From Escherichia phage skuden: a DNA stretch of 64,000 bases. Numbering within the stretch: the first letter of the stretch is position 1; each line of letters opens with the position of its first letter. The translations under genes and the position numbers were made by a program. Under the pieces are notes generated by a model. That model was given only the letters and a program-made list of their open reading frames with translations. It was not told the origin of the DNA and did no database searches. The DNA lies in the sequence record MN850585.1, one strand, 5' to 3'. This document shows positions 63,864-64,000 of this stretch, piece after piece.

Positions 63864-64000
63864 TGGTGTGATAGCTATGGAAAAAGATAACTTAAAAGAA
63901 GTTGAAGGTAACTACCTAGTACTTGATTGGAATGATATTCGGGAAGCACTATCCGAAGAAAGCCTTGACCTGCTAGAGCAACTTATCTTCTCAGTACGCC

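Overview
This window reads as a large virulent tailed-phage genome segment, about 39-40% GC by eye, with no integrase or lysogeny module seen. Left to right: a minus-strand nucleotide-metabolism and replication block (anaerobic RNR nrdD split by a group I intron carrying an HNH homing endonuclease, glutaredoxin-like protein, nrdB, nrdA, T7 gp6-like exonuclease, SSB-like protein, gp4-like primase-helicase, dNMP kinase); a plus-strand block (family A DNA polymerase, HNH-AP2 endonuclease, small early ORFs, ATP-dependent ligase, DHFR, thymidylate synthase); a minus-strand structural module (two tail fibres, baseplate, tape measure, frameshifted chaperone pair, tube, sheath, lambda-like head genes, portal, large terminase); a minus-strand cluster of about 26 tRNA genes with repeats and two embedded ORFs; a vWA/MIDAS gene pair; and a plus-strand block with an Ig-repeat protein, a GH24 endolysin and small overlapping ORFs. 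The gene content resembles Felix O1-type myoviruses, but that is inference from memory, not a search result. Everything was read by eye from the sequence and ORF track: hand-located coordinates (tRNAs, motifs, hairpins) are approximate to about 2 nt, ORF-track 'M' starts may be GTG/TTG, and tRNA anticodon calls need tRNAscan-SE or ARAGORN confirmation. The most promising candidates for something undescribed are the vWA/MIDAS protein with its small basic partner next to the tRNA cluster, the three leucine-anticodon tRNAs that appear to lack a long variable arm, and the conserved repeats inside the tRNA cluster.
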